Shown: in pieces, positions 25,905-38,902 of the stretch
How positions within the stretch are numbered: the stretch's first letter is position 1
Layout of the letters: every line of letters begins with the position of its first letter
From: Octopus sinensis
Lineage: Eukaryota
Length of the DNA stretch: 64,000 nt
NCBI RefSeq assembly: GCF_006345805.1
Contig: NC_043005.1
Location: forward strand, 61,442,001 to 61,506,000
Direction of reading: 5' to 3'
Made by a program: the position numbers and the translations under genes
Notes under the pieces: generated by a model
The model's input: only the letters and a program-made list of their open reading frames with translations
Databases searched by the model: none
What the model was told of the DNA's origin: nothing

Positions 25905-26275
25905 ACGAAGCGTGTTTATTCGCTTTTTAGATATGACAGTACCAGCTGATCAGAATATCTCAGTAAAAAAAATTCGAAAGATTAGATTAATACAAGAACC
26001 TATAGATAAAAATCAGCAGAATATAGATACTGAAAACAATTCCTCTACCGATTATTGTAGTAGGAGTACCCAGCATGGTTTAAAAAAAGGGTCTTCAATT
26101 TTCATTGATAAATTACCTGGAATATTGAATATACACAATATCCAAAAGTTTGCGCTAGCCTCAACAACTCATCTCTTGAGAAAATTTCTATACTTATAAC
26201 ATACTTACTAACCTTAGGTCTCAGGTAGAGACTTGGCTAAAAACAAAAATGTACCGAAATCAAGCTAAACTATAA
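25905..26275 (+). mobile_element. R4/Dong-like RLE LINE 3' end (TAA-associated family)
   Basis: LDMTVPADQNISVK...KKGSSIFIDKLPGILNIHNIQKFALASTTHLLRKFL, followed by a short 3' UTR ending GATAATAA. Confidence 0.75.
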
Positions 26276-26299
26276 AATATGATAATAACAAAGCTTGAA

Positions 26300-26620
26300 G
26301 TTAGGGTGGAGGGTGTAGTCATTGCATCAAACCCAGCGTACAACTATTTCTTCTTTCATCGACCTCAAAAGGATGAAAGGCTTAGTCGACCTCGGCAGAA
26401 TTTGAACTCGAAACTTAAAGACGAACGAAATACAGTTAAACATTTCGTCCAGGGTGCTAAAGTTAATCCTTTCTAATTTCAGCACAAGGCCTGAAATTTG
26501 GTAGGAAGGGGGCCAATCGATTAGATCGACCCCAGTACGCAACTGAACACACTGGACTTGATGCAATAAGACTCATCCCCACCCCTAAAATTGCTGCCCT
26601 TGTGCCAAAATTTTAAACGA
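26300..26620. mobile_element. Cluster of Meta-like SINE fragments, mostly minus strand
   Basis: TCGACCTCGGCAGAATTTGAACTC, GCACAAGGCCTGAAATTT and CCTTGTGCCAAAATTT. Confidence 0.7.
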
Positions 26621-26659
26621 TGATATCAACTGTTAGTTAACTGAATAGTCAGCGCCCTA

Positions 26660-26935
26660 GACGCTATGAAGATTGAAAACCCTTTTTTTTAACCATGTCT
26701 GGTGCCCCTACTACAACAACCGATAGAGTAACTGTTTTTAGTTTCTACATTCTGCTGATTTCTATCTCCAGGTCCTTTAATTTACCTAACTTTTCAAATT
26801 GTTTGACTGAGATATTTCGATCAGCTGGTACTGTCATATCTATTAGATAACAGACATTTCGTTCTTGATCCTTGACAAAAATGCCAGGTCTATTCGCATT
26901 TAACTGCTTGTCATTATGGATGGCAACATCATATG
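26660..26935 (-). mobile_element. R4/Dong-like RLE endonuclease fragment abutting (AAT)n
   Basis: NANRPGIFVKDQERNVCYLIDMTVPADRNISVKQFEKLGKLKDLEIEISRM*...VVVGA, the PD-(D/E)xK region with the PD aspartate changed to G. Confidence 0.85.
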
Positions 26936-26939
26936 ATCA

Positions 26940-26969
26940 TTAATATTATGATTATTATTATTATTATCA

Positions 26970-27007
<38 letters not shown>

Positions 27008-27041
27008 TTTATTATTTTTATTTTTATTATTATTATTATTA

Positions 27042-27094
<53 letters not shown>

Positions 27095-27095
27095 G
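26940..27095. repeat. (TTA)n microsatellite
   Basis: Read directly from the sequence. Confidence 0.95.
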
Positions 27096-27380
27096 AAATA
27101 GAGTTTGCTGAATTCACCATCGAGGAAATGTTAATCGCTTGCAATATCCATGGTAATGAAATCTGACGTCATCTTTTCAATCTTAGAATGGAACGTAGAA
27201 AAGTTGCACATCTCTGACGATGTAGCAGTAAATCTTCCTTATGTACATTGCATTATGAAAACAATTATAATTCTATGTAAATGAAACAAATTCAACATGG
27301 TGTACGTGAATATCTAATAAACAAACACTTAAATTTAGTTTCGTCTTGTTTGTCGTGTGTGTGTGTGTACGCGCGTGCGC

Positions 27381-27457
<77 letters not shown>

Positions 27458-27992
27458 TACATATATACACATACATATATAAACGCACGTGCACGCACAC
27501 ACAGACTCATATATATACAGATATAGAGACGTGCAGATGGATAGGTAAACAGCTTAATATATAAATACATAGCTTCTTATATACAAATACCTATTTGTGA
27601 GTATATGTGAGTGTCTGTGTGTGCGCGCGTTTGTATGTGTATGTGCGCGCGTCTGTAGGTGGGCTTGTTTCTGTAGACGCACACACATACATAGATAGAC
27701 AGACAGATAGACATGTATATAAACATATATATATATATATATATATAAGCATGTATATGTGCAATTATATGTGTGTGTGTGTGCGTGTGTGTATAGATGT
27801 TGTGTTTTATATGCATCTATATGTATAGACAGAAGTATATACAAACACTAACAGATAATAATCTAATAGAAATTTTCTTTGTGTTTTATTTTTATGAATA
27901 ATATCTTGTAAAGCTATTTCGTTCGTGTTACCCCATTTATATTTGAAAGATGACTTGTGGAAGCATTATCTATCTATCTATCTATCTATCAA

Positions 27993-28058
<66 letters not shown>

Positions 28059-28062
28059 ATAT

Positions 28063-28094
<32 letters not shown>

Positions 28095-28295
28095 TACAAA
28101 TATACACATACACACACATATATATATATATGCACACACGCATATATCTATCCATTTATCTATCTATCTATCTGTTAAACCTATATATATATATGCGCGC
28201 ACTCGCACACATACTCACACACACATAGATATGTATACGTATAGATAGATAAATATATATATATATTACATATACACACATACACACACACACTC

Positions 28296-28332
<37 letters not shown>

Positions 28333-29441
28333 CTAAATACTACATATACATACACACACATATATGTGCATGTATATATAAGCATATGTATGCATGTAAG
28401 GGAACCTGAATGACAAGATTAGGAAACGAACACGTTTCTCACGCATCGAAATCGCTCAGTTAAATTAACAAGTACCCCGACTTTGAAAGAATACAAAACG
28501 ATCTCGTTGAGTTCACATATCAATAACATGTAAGAAGCCATGTTCAGATAAAAGATGAAATAGAATTTCTAGGATGCATGTAATAATTCTCTATATTATT
28601 GTAGACGTATTTTATTGTATGTTTAAAAGAATATATTTATTGGTATCGTGTTGAGGAAGGATAAGTTTAAAGTGGTATCAAAGTTTCTATTATTATATCA
28701 ATGAATCAATGATTTCTGTGAAGCGTCCTTTATTATTGGCAATGTGACAGACTGTATTTGGTTTTCTTTTTTCACAATTATGTTTTTAATAGTTTCTTTT
28801 ATGTAACCAATGCTTTTAACTTTCCACTCACATCGAGGTATAATAAAATATGAACTCAACGAGACGCGACGTACAGAAACATAGAACATTAGAAAGAGAG
28901 AGAGAGAAGAAAGTATGTGTGCACACGTGAGCAACTCTGTGTGTGTATTACATCAAACTAACGAACAACATGATGATTGTAACTAATAGAGGTAAAATAG
29001 AAAATAAGATCGACAGAATAAGTAGAAAATATAGAAGTAATAAATGACACAGCAAGAAACGGTGAGACAAAGATTGCTGAACAAAGACATTCAGTGAGAA
29101 AAGAAAAGAGCAACAGAAAGACAATGTGAGAAAGAGAGAAATAATGAAAGCCCCCCCCCGGGGAGAGCGAGGATAGTGAAAAGGAGAAATGTGTATCCCT
29201 TTCAGTTTTAACTAGTCCGGTTACATTTTAGTTGCTTTCGCGTTATATTTAGCCTGGTTTGTTATTTGTATTATGTTTGTCTAACGAAGGATGTTGCAGT
29301 GATAAGCAATTTCTAGTTGCAAAATGTAGGAAAGTTGTAAAAACACCCCTCTTACAGATGGTGCGTTACTGCTGTTGCACACTCAGGTGTTCTTGATCTC
29401 ATCCAGAGAAAAGCTTCTCGACTAAATGACATGAAGTCTTT

Positions 29442-29516
<75 letters not shown>

Positions 29517-29765
29517 CAATAGCAATTAAGGGTAAAACTATTAATTACGAAGTCTATGGATAATCGGATATTGATTGATTTTCGTTACGTTACCCTCTGC
29601 CTGGATGAATAGGATTCAAGTATTATGGTGTCTCTGGTAGACCCTTTTTTAAGTAGAAGAAATGGGTTAGATTTTGCCTGCTATTTCTGAATTTCGGTAT
29701 GTGGTGATGCATTTCTTTTGCTGACCCCTCAATATTAGTATATATATATATATTTATATATATAT

Positions 29766-30167
29766 ACTCTTTTACTCTTTACTCTTTTACTTGTTTCAGT
29801 CATTTGACTGCGGCCATGCTGGAGCACCGCCTTTAATCGAGCAAATCGACCCCGGGACTTATTCTTTGTAAGCCTGGTACTTATTCTATCGGTCTCTTTT
29901 TGCCGAACCGCTAAGTTACGGGGACGTAAACACACCAGCATCGGTTGTCAAGCAATGCTAGGGGGACAAACACAGACACACAAACATACACATACATATA
30001 TATATATACGACAGGCTTCTTTCAGTTTCCGTCTACCAAATCCACTCACAAGGCTTTGGTCGGCCCAAGGCTATAGCAGAAGACATTTGCCCAAGATGCC
30101 ACGCAGTGGGACTGAACCCGAAACCATGTGGTTGGTTAGCAAGCTACTTACCACACAGCCACTCCTG
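29766..30167 (-). mobile_element. CORE-type SINE, full length
   Basis: Complete head to (TAAAAGAG)n tail, homologous to 62579-63007. Confidence 0.9.
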
Positions 30168-30249
30168 ATATATATATATATATATATATAATATATCCAT
30201 CTCTCCCTTCTCTCCCTCTCTCTTCTCTCTCACACTACTCTCTTTTTTC

Positions 30250-30600
30250 CTCTCGCTCTGAGCATTTCAACCACCTTTGCTTTTGTGACAGCTTCACCCA
30301 GGCACTCTCGACTAACACGCCTCTCCTGCTCCTATCACCCATGTTGTGTCCAGCTCCGCACTCAATAACCCAGCCCTAATCAACGCTTTACTTTCCAAAA
30401 TATTGAACCCATGGAATCTACGTCCAGCGTATGTTGTTTTGTTTTTTCCCTCGGACATCAACTTCAACAGCTTAGGTGAAAAATTAACGGCATTAGCAAC
30501 AGTGGATGCGGTAACTATGGACATTGCCCTTTCCTTCAGGCTTTTAAGTCAACCACAGAACAAAAGCCTGTTGAACTAGTGAGACTATTACAACTGAAAT
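30250..30600 (+). mobile_element. CR1/Crack-like LINE 3' end, decayed
   Basis: RLTRLS.S.HP...WNLRPAYV..FPSDINFNS-like C-terminus. Confidence 0.55.
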
Positions 30601-31646
30601 CTATCCTGGTCATCAATTGATAAAAATCTGCAAGAAAAACACAGATAAGAGAAGAACCGGAATTCAAATGATTGTAACAGAGTTAATTCCCCTCAAGGCA
30701 CTTAAAGGACCAGATAGTACGATTAAACTAGGCAATGAGATAACCTTGCATCACACTATGCAATTGGGTCACAAACATATATTATTATTGTGGATGGTAA
30801 GAACACATTTGAAACTTTTATTATTGGTTTTGTTGAATAGGTAAGACATGTCAGCCTCTAAGATCCTCCTTCTAGTTCTCAACATCAGTGACTTACTGCT
30901 GATGTTGTGGTTGTTTGCTTATTGTCGTCGTTGTTGCTGTTGTTGTTGTTGAGCAGTCCTAATGTCAAAGCACACTAACTGTGACCATTCCATTTTAATC
31001 ATTAGTAAATATATTATCTAATATGTACTTTCATCCATTAAGACATAACGGGGTAATTCGAAGAACATTGGTTGCTGCTTTCTGTAGGTCGAGCAATCAT
31101 CATCAGTGAGATGTTTTTACACTATAGTACCTATTTAGAACGAAATTAGTTTAGACGTTTCTGACTTAGGCATCGGCTTGAGGCTAGCGGCCTGAAAGCG
31201 GAACTGGTTTACTATTACACCGTAAACGTGCAGTGAGATGGCAGTATCGAGAACTGGCAATTATGAAATGAAATATCAATCGAGAAACAAATATGAAATT
31301 AAGTGTATTATTGATGACGAAGAGTTACCTGTTCTTGCTATGCTGTCGTTGACCTGGTTTAGCGCTCGATTTGTTCTGATAGAGCTAACTTATGATAAAA
31401 GGTATTTCATTCAAGACCATCTCAAGGATGCATTGGCCAACGTTATCTACTTTGCTTTAAACAGTTGACAGTATGTAGTGATTTGAGAAAATACGGCTGC
31501 TTTTTCTTGTTGATAGTGCGACCAAGTAAGTTTGTTATTTTGTTTGATCCATTTCAGGCAACGGAAACCGAACAGTAAATCATTGGTTACTTCTTTTATC
31601 TAGTATGTCCACCAGAACACTTGACTACGAATGCTTTTATTGCACT

Positions 31647-31682
<36 letters not shown>

Positions 31683-31697
31683 TATATACATATATAT

Positions 31698-31949
31698 CTT
31701 CTTTCTATGCACCCTTTTAAAGCCTAGCCAGACTCATGGGACGGTTTCCGGTTTCAACGGTGTATGTGTTCCACAGCTGAACGGGACGCCAGTCCATCGC
31801 AGCGTTACTCATTTTTGTCAGCTGAGTGGACTAGAACAATGTGAAATAAAGTGTTTTGCTCAAGAACACAACGCGTTGCTCGGTCCAGGAATCGAAACCA
31901 CATCTTACGATCATGATGCTTACACCCTAACCACTAAGCCACGCGCCTC
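31698..31949 (-). mobile_element. tRNA-derived SINE with a V/CORE-like central domain (tail variant 1)
   Basis: Head GGCGCGTGGCTTAGTGG...GGTTTCGATTCC. It shares GAGCAA.ACACTTTATTTCAC...AGTCCACTCAGCTG.CAAAAATGAGT with 48249-48566. Confidence 0.85.
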
Positions 31950-32075
<126 letters not shown>

Positions 32076-32084
32076 TATATACGA

Positions 32085-32960
32085 AAGAAGGTTTCAAAAT
32101 GCAATTTAAAAGATGTTTATTTACTTTACCGGTTTCACTCTTTGGAAGAAGATTGTCAAAAGTAACATGTAGAAGTTTGGTTGCGTTAATTATTGGTTGT
32201 TACAAATTGCTACATTACATATATACAGTCTTTGGTAACAGGGACATGTTAAGGACATAAAAAAGTTCAACAAGTTCCTTAAAATATTGGGCACAAAAGA
32301 TTACTACATAAATAATCATTCTCAAGGACATGCTTAAGATAGTTTCCAGAAGGAATTGATATTGGTATTGGTACTGTATCTGTATATTCAAACATGCACA
32401 GAATATTGGTTGACAAACGGACACACATATACACACACCATCCTACCAGATCTTACAAACACACAGACATATCTATTCACACCACATATGTATATACACA
32501 CACACAAAGGCACACACACTCACCCCATCTTGACCCCTAAATCATTGATGCTTGAAGGAGAGACAAAAAGGGTAAATTCTTTTCAGTTCCACATTACCCC
32601 TCCTTTCCCCCAACCAAACACACCTACTGTGTCCCTTGAAATAGATAATATTCTTTTACGTTACCATGTTGGACAGGTCAGTTTTAGCTTCACTACTATT
32701 ATAATGTAAATCTTTTTGAACTCATAATATTCTGTACGTGTATACCAATATTTAGTGAGCTTTTCCTTCTGGAAATTATCTTCAGAATGTATAATATATT
32801 TGTTGTAATTTTTTGTGCCCATTATTTCAATGAGCTTGTTAAACTTTTTTATATTCTCAACATGCTCTTATCACCAAAGAATGTACATTTATATGGATTG
32901 TAGTACTCTGTGTACTTTCGTATATAATTCCACTCGTGCGGTACCCTACAACTCCACTTT
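32085..32960. mobile_element. Two diverged Penelope-like 3' remnants in inverted orientation
   Basis: 32230-32370 is homologous to the reverse complement of about 32750-32900. The minus-strand end carries GAAACCGGT...AATAAAC with a hammerhead relic. The Penelope call is inferred from that terminus. Confidence 0.45.
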
Positions 32961-32961
32961 G

Positions 32962-33032
<71 letters not shown>

Positions 33033-33042
33033 AATATATATA

Positions 33043-33416
33043 CTAGCAGTATCGCCCGCGTTGCTCAGGTTTGTAAGGGAATAACTATAAAGCATTTTTA
33101 GAGAGTTATAGCCAAAAATAGCAAAAAAATGGAAAAAAATGATGGTAAATTTTTTTTTAGTTAAAAAAGGTGGAGTTGCGTCCCCTAGACAGTTTGTGTT
33201 TTGATTCTGGACCCCATGTCGAATTTATCGATTTTTTTCAGAACTGGGGGAACTTTTCAAAATGTTCGCTGCGTTAGTTTTTTGATTATGACATTGGGCT
33301 ATGTGTGTGTCAAGTTTCATCATCAGATCGGTTGAAAGCCGTGGTCAGGGTGAGGGTACAAGCAAACAGACACACAGAAACACGCACAGACAAACTGCCG
33401 TTTATATAGAGAGAGA
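33043..33416 (-). mobile_element. Non-autonomous Helitron (Lep1-like architecture) in a (TA)n tract
   Basis: Minus strand has a 5' TC..., a GTTTGTCTGT-type stretch, a 3' GC-rich hairpin CCTGAGCAACGCGGG and the terminus CTAG between A and T. Confidence 0.8.
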
Positions 33417-33469
33417 TATATATATAAATTGGGAAATGTGTGAAATTCTTGGTAAAGTTGGATATATTT

Positions 33470-33695
33470 TCAAATGACTTCACTGGTAGACATTCAATAT
33501 GTGACCGCGTGTGTATCGTTGGCGATTTTCTTTTCCTCCGTCTTCCCTTCCTTGGATCTTTCCTTTTTCTATTTTTCTGACGAGGAGCTCCGCTCGAAAC
33601 GTTGAATCCTCATTCTTTCTTTCCTTTCCTGAGCATCCAATAACACTATACTTGTTCCTTGTCCTCGCGTTGTTTTCTCTTTGTGTTTTCATGTT
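33470..33695 (+). mobile_element. Penelope-derived terminal repeat with a hammerhead core
   Basis: CTGACGA-G-GAGC-TCC-GCTC-GAAA-CGTT at 33577-33603, in pyrimidine-rich sequence ending at (TA)n. Confidence 0.55.
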
Positions 33696-33736
<41 letters not shown>

Positions 33737-34139
33737 TATTCTCCGATTTGAAGCGACATTTTTTTAAATACAAACAAATGACCAAAAATTATGAGCTAGA
33801 CTTGTGTGCGTGTGTGTGTGTATGAATATATAATACAGACATATATGTGTGTGTTTGTGTGTGTATGTGCGTGTGAGCGTGCGTGTGCGCGTGTAAATGA
33901 TATGTGTGCATGTACACATATGTACATGTGTGTAATTATACATACACATACATACATGTTTGGCTTGCTTTGGGATCACAACATCCGAAGGAGTCGTCGG
34001 GATGCCATCGTATCATACCATTTTCCAATTTACTCCATTTGACGAGGCGGTGTGCTACAACCTGCGTCTCTGCTAATGATATATATGTCCGTTCCGTGAC
34101 GTTGTCAGACACCTTTTCTTTCAAATTCCTCTCCTTTTT

Positions 34140-34375
34140 CCTCACTCTATAGTTCATTACTCAGTAATTTTCACAAGGCTACCAATAGATCGTATTATAT
34201 GGCCATACTATCTAAGCTCTCTTGACTTCACCATCGTGAAGAAAAAGATTTTATGGGGGTAGCTACGTAATAACGATTGTTCCGCGAACACCTTCATTCC
34301 TGGCATGATCCAATTACGAAACGCCTACGATGCTGCATTACCATCTCATATTCAATGCCTGTAGCTTCCCCTTTT
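34140..34375 (+). mobile_element. CR1/Crack-like LINE 3' fragment, decayed
   Basis: [17 protein letters not shown]...HIQ resembles the SFFPRT..LWNALP C-terminus. Confidence 0.4.
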
Positions 34376-34606
34376 TTACTACACAAACACTCATAATATC
34401 TATATATGTGCATACACACATATATATATATATATATATCTGTGTGTATATATATACTTATATGAATATATATATATACACATATATATATGATATATAT
34501 ATATGTATATATATGCATATATACATACATATGTATGTAAGTACATAAGTATGTATGTTTATGACCAGATGAAGAGGGCTTTACAGCACAATGGCTCACA
34601 ATTATA

Positions 34607-34658
<52 letters not shown>

Positions 34659-35303
34659 TGTATGTATGTATACATATGTATGTATGTAAGTACGCATGTA
34701 TGTTTATAACCACATGAACAGGGGTTTATAGCGCAACGGCTCACAATCTTAAAGAGTAATTTATTAAGTGAAAATCTCAAAAGAATAATACATCTCTGGA
34801 GAATATATATACAAATGTCGATATATACAAATGTCGATCCTCTTTCAAGCTTTTGTTTTCATCCTTTATCAACCACACAAATACAGATTTATGTTCATAC
34901 CTCCGATAATTCTGTTTGTCGTTGATAAGCAATGAGAAGGAAAACTTGATAGGGGAATCGATTTCGGGTCTGAAACGATCGGCATTAACACCCACACACT
35001 CTCGGGTACATGCATACATATATACATATCTACAACTTTATATATGTTTATCTATTAATACACATATGTGTGTGTATATGTGTGTGTGTGTGCTTGCATG
35101 TATATGTGTATGTATATAAATATATATTTGTACTTATATGTAGATACATGATTTTATAGTTGAATAGGTAGATTGATAGATTGATAGATAGATAGATAGA
35201 TAGACAGACCGACAAACATATAGATAGGTCGTCAAACATATATATACATATATATAGTAGAAATATGTTACAAAAAGAAAATATAAGATACAAAATACAA
35301 AAC

Positions 35304-35342
<39 letters not shown>

Positions 35343-35530
35343 TAAATAAATGGAGTTAAACGCAGGTGTTATTCAAATTCTTTTACTTCCAACATATGTT
35401 CCGAAGATATCACTGGTATTATTCCAAATGAATGAAATGGTGTAAAACAATGTAATCTCTTCAGGGATGCATACGTATATATGTATACGTATGCATGCAT
35501 TCATACCTGCACACATTAATACATACATCC

Positions 35531-36000
35531 GCCCAGTGGATGTAAGCATAAATCTAAACCTGACCGTAAATGTGTAGTTCAGTGTAGGTGTATCACCTAC
35601 ACTGAACTATTGAGAAATCTACTATTACTCCTCCCAGATTATAAATTACGGTTCATACCTGTAATTATTTGGGCACTGGGATATGTAACACTGCCTAAAT
35701 ACCAATCCTGACAAATTAGGCTTCTCAAAGCCAGAAAGGAGAAAGCTGATTCGAAGGCAACAGTTCACAGCCATCATTAGAATTGTAAAAAAATTGCAAT
35801 ACGCACGTTTAGACATGTAAGTATATGCATGAGAATATATACATAAAACAAAACATACAATTGTGCACATGCACTAACTCCAAATAGTGCACACATACAC
35901 GCATACACGCAAAAATGTTATTGAAATTCCAGTGGAGTTTGGATCTATGTTAGATACTGACTCCTCTATTGGCAACGAATCTTGAGATAAAACTGCAAAA

Positions 36001-36001
<1 letters not shown>
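35531..36001 (+). mobile_element. R4-like RLE LINE 3' end (subfamily A) between CATA repeats
   Basis: Homologous to 41125-41600 over the ORF end and 3' UTR (CTATTGGCAA.AATCTTGA..TAAAA.TG). It is preceded by ATACATACAT and followed by (TACA)n at 36002-36060. Confidence 0.85.
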
Positions 36002-36031
<30 letters not shown>

Positions 36032-37178
36032 CATACATACATACATACATACATACATACAAATATAAACACTTTTAAATGTATAGATGAGAGGAAGTGT
36101 GCAATATAGGTCGTAATACAGAGAAACATAATGCGTTTTGTATGTGTATGTGTGAGTGTTGACTATCTCGCCTACTCAGCACTTCTCGTGCATAAATAAA
36201 TCTATGCTATTTATTTCCTGTTACATATAGAGTTTTAAACAATTATGTATGGCTTTGACTGCACTGAAGCTTATATAGACCCAGGTGTGTCGAAATTTCG
36301 GACAATCCTTTGAACTAATTGTATATTCTCTATTAAGTGTGTGTGTTCTTACTTCATATGTACTTCATGACGATACAGAACTTAATTAACATTATTACAT
36401 TGCATGTATCATGTTTCTGTTTCTTCCATTCATTCCGACAAAATAGAATTAAATGAGCTTCCCAGGAACGAAAACAAGCATGTATGTCATTGAACTTACA
36501 AAAAGTATGTATGCATATATACATCTATCGTTTTTTGCCTGAAGTTGAATAAAGGAACTTGAATGATACAAAAAAACTACATCCACATTTATGTTGATAT
36601 TTTAAATCTACAGACTACGTGCTAAAATTTGAGATTCATCCAAGAGCGTTCTTTCCTTCAGAAAGCAATTCCTAAAAGAGAGAGAGGGAGAGAAAGAGAA
36701 ACAACGTAATGCGAGACATGAAATTACTAGCGTTAGCGATATATCATCAACAGGTTATTACGAATCGCTGTTAGACAGTCTGGGTGAACTCTTTGAAGTG
36801 AGAAACTTCAAATTAGTTATTGAACTGTCCATAAGAGTTTTGGCATGGCCCCAAAACATTGCAGCAGAATTTACTCAGCTCAATATTCATTATTACTTTA
36901 GCAATTTCACATAACAACATGAATGCATATCGCATTTGAAGAGGGTTTTTTTTCTTATATTTTACTTTGATCAAAATATAGAGTATATCAGTTCTAATAT
37001 TATCTTATGTTAATATTCACGCAAAATATATGGTTTAATTTCAATGCGCATGCAAACTTAACTATCGGTATGCCCATGTCAGTATATATATGCATTGTAT
37101 TTATGTACCCATTAATAAAAATGAATATAAATACATACATATAGACTCACACACACTCACACACATATACACACACAA

Positions 37179-37270
<92 letters not shown>

Positions 37271-37386
37271 GGAGAGAGAGAGAGAGAGAGAGACATACAT
37301 AAATCAATATATATATTCATATACAAAATAATATAAATGTATATATGTGTATATATATATATATATGCATACATACATATACATAC

Positions 37387-37419
<33 letters not shown>

Positions 37420-38481
37420 ATATATTATATATATATATTATATATATATATATATATATACACCCACACACATATCTGATTAAAAGCAGCTGATGGAAAA
37501 CAACACAAAGGGTCCAATGTACATGGGTTTGGATAATTATGTAAAGTTGGGAATGGCATACACAGTAAATTATTAATTTACTGACTTTTTTTCTATCAGA
37601 AAAGCAAATACACATTCATAGTGAGAGTTGTGAGCATGTCTGGTGAGAACATACAGATCACATCAAGAAATCAAATATAACGCCTTGATTAGATAAACAA
37701 GTTGAGTTAGATATTTGCATGGGAATGCAGAAAGACAATAAATACATACAGTACATCAACAGGTGTAGCATTCATGATGAGAATTGCAACTGCTTCCGAC
37801 CATACTACAACGTCCATGAGACAGAGGATGCGGTAGTAGTGGCATTTCATTGTCGCAAAGGTATGCATCACGTCCGCAATAAAAGGTTCGCAGTGCGTGA
37901 CTGGCAAAATATTTGAGACATCATTAACAAATGAAGACTCACAACCTACTATATGACAAGATGTGATTTGTTGCCGTTGATATATAGGAAAACAAGGAAT
38001 ATATACATATAGACACCCACACATATGTATGTGCATTTCGTGTCATTGTGTGCGCGTGTATATATATATATATATAACGAAGGATGACAGTGTGGTAAAA
38101 ACTTTGCGTTCTAACCACACGCATCTGGATTCAGTTTCAGTGCGTGGTGCCTTAGGCAAGTGTGTTCTACTACACACTAAAACATCGTTAGTGATTTGGT
38201 GGACAGAAGCAGAAGTTTGTATGTATATATGTATAACTTATAGAACTTAGATATGTTTCGGCTAAGAATTGACCCAGACCTATCCTAACTTAATGGCGCC
38301 ACCTGATAGGATCTGTTACTTCATTTTTAGGTCGAATTTGAGGATGTCGACACATTCAAGTAGGGAGTTGCTGCTGACTGAGATGTATTGAGATGTCGGT
38401 GTCTGATCCTTTGAAGAAATTTCTCCAAGTTTTGGTTGAATGTCAAAGGAACTTTTTAGTTTTTGATTTTTTTATACGATG

Positions 38482-38527
<46 letters not shown>

Positions 38528-38583
38528 CTATCTATCTCTGTATGTATATATATATATAGTGAGAGAGATAGAGTGAGAGAGAG

Positions 38584-38633
<50 letters not shown>

Positions 38634-38796
38634 GATTAAGTTGAATTAGGTACATAAGTTGAAGCACCAAGTCAGTCCGGTATATTGAATAAAATCAAAA
38701 ACATGGACTCCATTTAATTGAACAATTAAATAGAGTCGTTTGAAACGGTCATACTGTATCACTACTTGATATCCTGTTGCTTATTTTGATTTTATA

Positions 38797-38902
<106 letters not shown>

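Noticed and set aside
26929-27166. Poly-Ile ORFs
   Set aside because: They come from the (TTA)n microsatellite.
28405-28468. RKRTRFS homeodomain-like arm
   Set aside because: Only about 22 codons lie between two stops, with no helix motifs and no convincing splice sites.
31498-31531. 9-nt microexon-like signal (TGC, pyrimidine tract, AG|TGCGACCAA|GTAAGT)
   Set aside because: It lies in a decayed copy of the (CAA)n-tailed repeat, whose GGCTGCTATTTCT motif supplies the signals, so it is probably chance. A split-read check would still be cheap.
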